A stretch of DNA of 64,000 nucleotides from Octopus sinensis (lineage: Eukaryota): positions 52,712,464-52,776,463 of the forward strand of contig NC_043011.1 in NCBI RefSeq assembly GCF_006345805.1, given 5' to 3'. This document shows positions 61,396-64,000 of this stretch, piece after piece (within the stretch, counting starts at the first letter, position 1; each line of letters starts with the position of its first letter). Both the position numbers and the translations under genes were made by a program. Under the pieces are notes generated by a model that worked only from the letters and a program-made list of their open reading frames with translations, was not told the origin of the DNA and made no database searches.

Positions 61396-64000
61396 TTCCC
61401 AGTTCTAAACTGGAAATGTAGAAACTGCTTCTTTAAACTTTTATGGCTTACACAGAAGAAATCTAAGTATAACAGCTATAGCGACAGAATGACAGCTAAA
61501 ACATGTTTGCGGAATGATAACAATAAAAATATTTAACCAATTCAAATAGCAACACACCTGTTCTTCCGTTTCTTCTGATTTTTCCTAAAAGTTAAAAAGA
61601 AAAAAAAAAGAAAAAGACAAACAAAAATAATTAATAAGGTTAAAATTATTATGTTTTGTTCAAAATTATTTGCTGAGAAAATTACATTTTCTACTTAAAC
61701 TATTTTAACTAATTAATTAAAGTTAATAAACAGTCCAATAAAGATGAAATTTTCCAAGTTTTAGTCTAAGAAACAACAACAAAAAACCGTAATATAATAT
61801 ATAAACTAATCATACAAAGATTTTAGATTTTGTAATTAAATCTATAAAAGTATTCATACAGAAAATTGATGTCATTTAATTTTCAGCAAATTAATTGGCA
61901 TCACATAGACCAATCAACTGATTATATCGGCAGAATTCAGAAAACCATTCTTTTAACTATCTCTAATAGCTGTAAAAAAATCACTTGATCTGCTTTAGTG
62001 TTTGCATGTCTTCTATTAACCTTCAGAAAAGTCAAGAAGCACAAGCTATGAATGCTTTCTAGTTTAACACCAACACTTGGGTTGGATAAAGCAGAATGAG
62101 TAAAGAAATAAATAAAGTCATTAAATAAATGAATAATAAAACTCAAAATTATGTTTATTTTAAAATATCTCATTCGATGTGATATTCAAAAAAAAAAAAA
62201 AAGAGAAAAAAATGAATAACAGCTAAAAATCCAACCTTACTAACAATACAATTGACAATTTGGGTTTTGTAAACCAAAATTCCTGTAATTTTTGTGAAGA
62301 AAGATTACAACTAAAGTAATCAACTCTATAGAAAAAAGGAAAGGAAAAAAAAAAAAAGAACAAGAAAACTTGTTTTAAGATGCTGAAATGCCAAGAGAAG
62401 AAAGCTTCTAAACAAGAGAAAAAGCTAGATTTATAGCTCCTTCAAACCCTCTCATCACTCTTCAGCTTCATTTCAGACATTCTAGTTCTTAGTTTGTGAT
62501 GAAATTTTAAATATTTTATTCATTGAGACAAAGATTTCATAAATTTGAAGCATGTATACATTTTCTTTTGGTATGACAAAATTCTAAGTTAAAGCAAACG
62601 GGTATATAAGATCAACAATGGGAAAATTGTAGTTTTGACCCTTTTTGAAGTCTTATTGGCTCCAGTCAATTTCACAGAGCCAAAAGTAAAAATACAAACC
62701 TTCACTTTATTACAGTCAACAAGATTTATAGGAGTTAAATATCACAATTTCTCTAACCTGAGACTTTTCCACCAAAATTCCTTCATACCAAGGTAAAAAA
62801 TGTTTACATTTATCAAAATTTATGAAATTATCTACTCTATGGTGATTTCTGTAATTTTCTTCATGTTTTTTTTTTTTTTTTCCATATGAGGCAAGTGATT
62901 TGACTTAGGTGAAACATACCACATCAGCAACTGCCAGTGATTCATTCATGTGATGCTGGTGTGTCTAAAGTGATTAGGTTATAGTGAGATGTGGAAAGTG
63001 GTTGTTCTCTCCAAATGTAACACAATTAGAAAATGTGTGCCAAACTGGTAAATTTTTTTTAGCAATAATTACTAATAAGTGATGGTCTACATAGGCTAAT
63101 TTTAATCTGTTACATACTTCACAGAATCTTCATGAACAGGTGTCAGCTTGCATCTTAAAATTATTCAGATATCTCAGATAACACCATTGATATCATATAT
63201 CATTCTGAAGCTAACACAAGATTATATATATATATATATGTATATATATAGTGGAACGTAAGTGTATATCTGTCAGGTACATGGACCATTCTTTTATGTA
63301 TTTATTCATTTTACAGCCTTCAATAATATATCAATAAGTCTGGGAGGATTTCCATAAATTTGTTCATTTGCATAATGTCAGAACAATGTTTCGAAGTTAC
63401 AGCCCTTTCTTGGATTAAAATCTAACTAAAAATTTCTAATCATCACTTTTGTTTCATAGTACTAAAACAGACAGTTCTGTTTTTATAAATGGATGTCTTT
63501 ACTTCTGTTTTAACTGTTCAACTTCATTGTCATCCTTCGCCGGTTGAGAGCAGACAATTGCATCTTGCTTAATACAACTATTGCAGTAGAATATTTCTAC
63601 TGCAATATTTCTGTTAAAATACATTGTCATTGTTTCAGTTAATTTTACAAATAAAAAAAAAAGAATTTATTAAACTATCTTTGTCATTATGAAGCTGGTC
63701 TTTGGAACATAAATTCACATAAAATTTTGATGGACGTTTTTAATTTAGATCACCTCAGCCCTTTAATATTCAGATTATTATGTTAATTAGTAATGCTTAT
63801 TTAGTCACCTTGCTTTGAATTAATCATGCATTATCTACTAACTTTGAGATTTTGATGAGATAACTTAATTTTTAGTATAATACTGTAGGATTGGTGTAAG
63901 AGGCAACATCTAGCCACTTTAAGCATAAAGGAGGTTGAATATTTTGGCTGGATATGGCTGGTTTAAAAGAGGAAGTTTGTTTTATATAGCCAGGGGTATT

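Overview
AT-rich, repeat-dense animal genomic DNA. The SINE and LINE families resemble those I recall from octopus, so the species call is an inference. The one confident gene is a + strand uracil phosphoribosyltransferase homolog (UPRT). Six GT-AG coding exons (18838-18880, 37593-37662, 39484-39546, 41132-41293, 45905-46003, 48721-48827) splice in frame to 180 residues ending ...VAPNHFGQKYFGTE*. The first coding exon was not found and probably lies upstream of the window. Most of the rest is transposon-derived: tRNA-derived SINEs, RTE and CR1 LINE 3' ends, TTAA-target MITEs, mariner relics, Helitron/Helentron pieces and microsatellites. The last ~4 kb looks like the 3' end of an unidentified convergent gene. 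I found no convincing new protein-coding system. The most unusual structures are a foldback element with tRNA-derived, CCA-ending arms; a twin-primed RTE insertion with a 12-bp TSD; a 5x146-bp LINE concatemer; a 681-bp SINE-to-SINE duplication; and a possible antisense spliced unit nested in the 18.7-kb intron.
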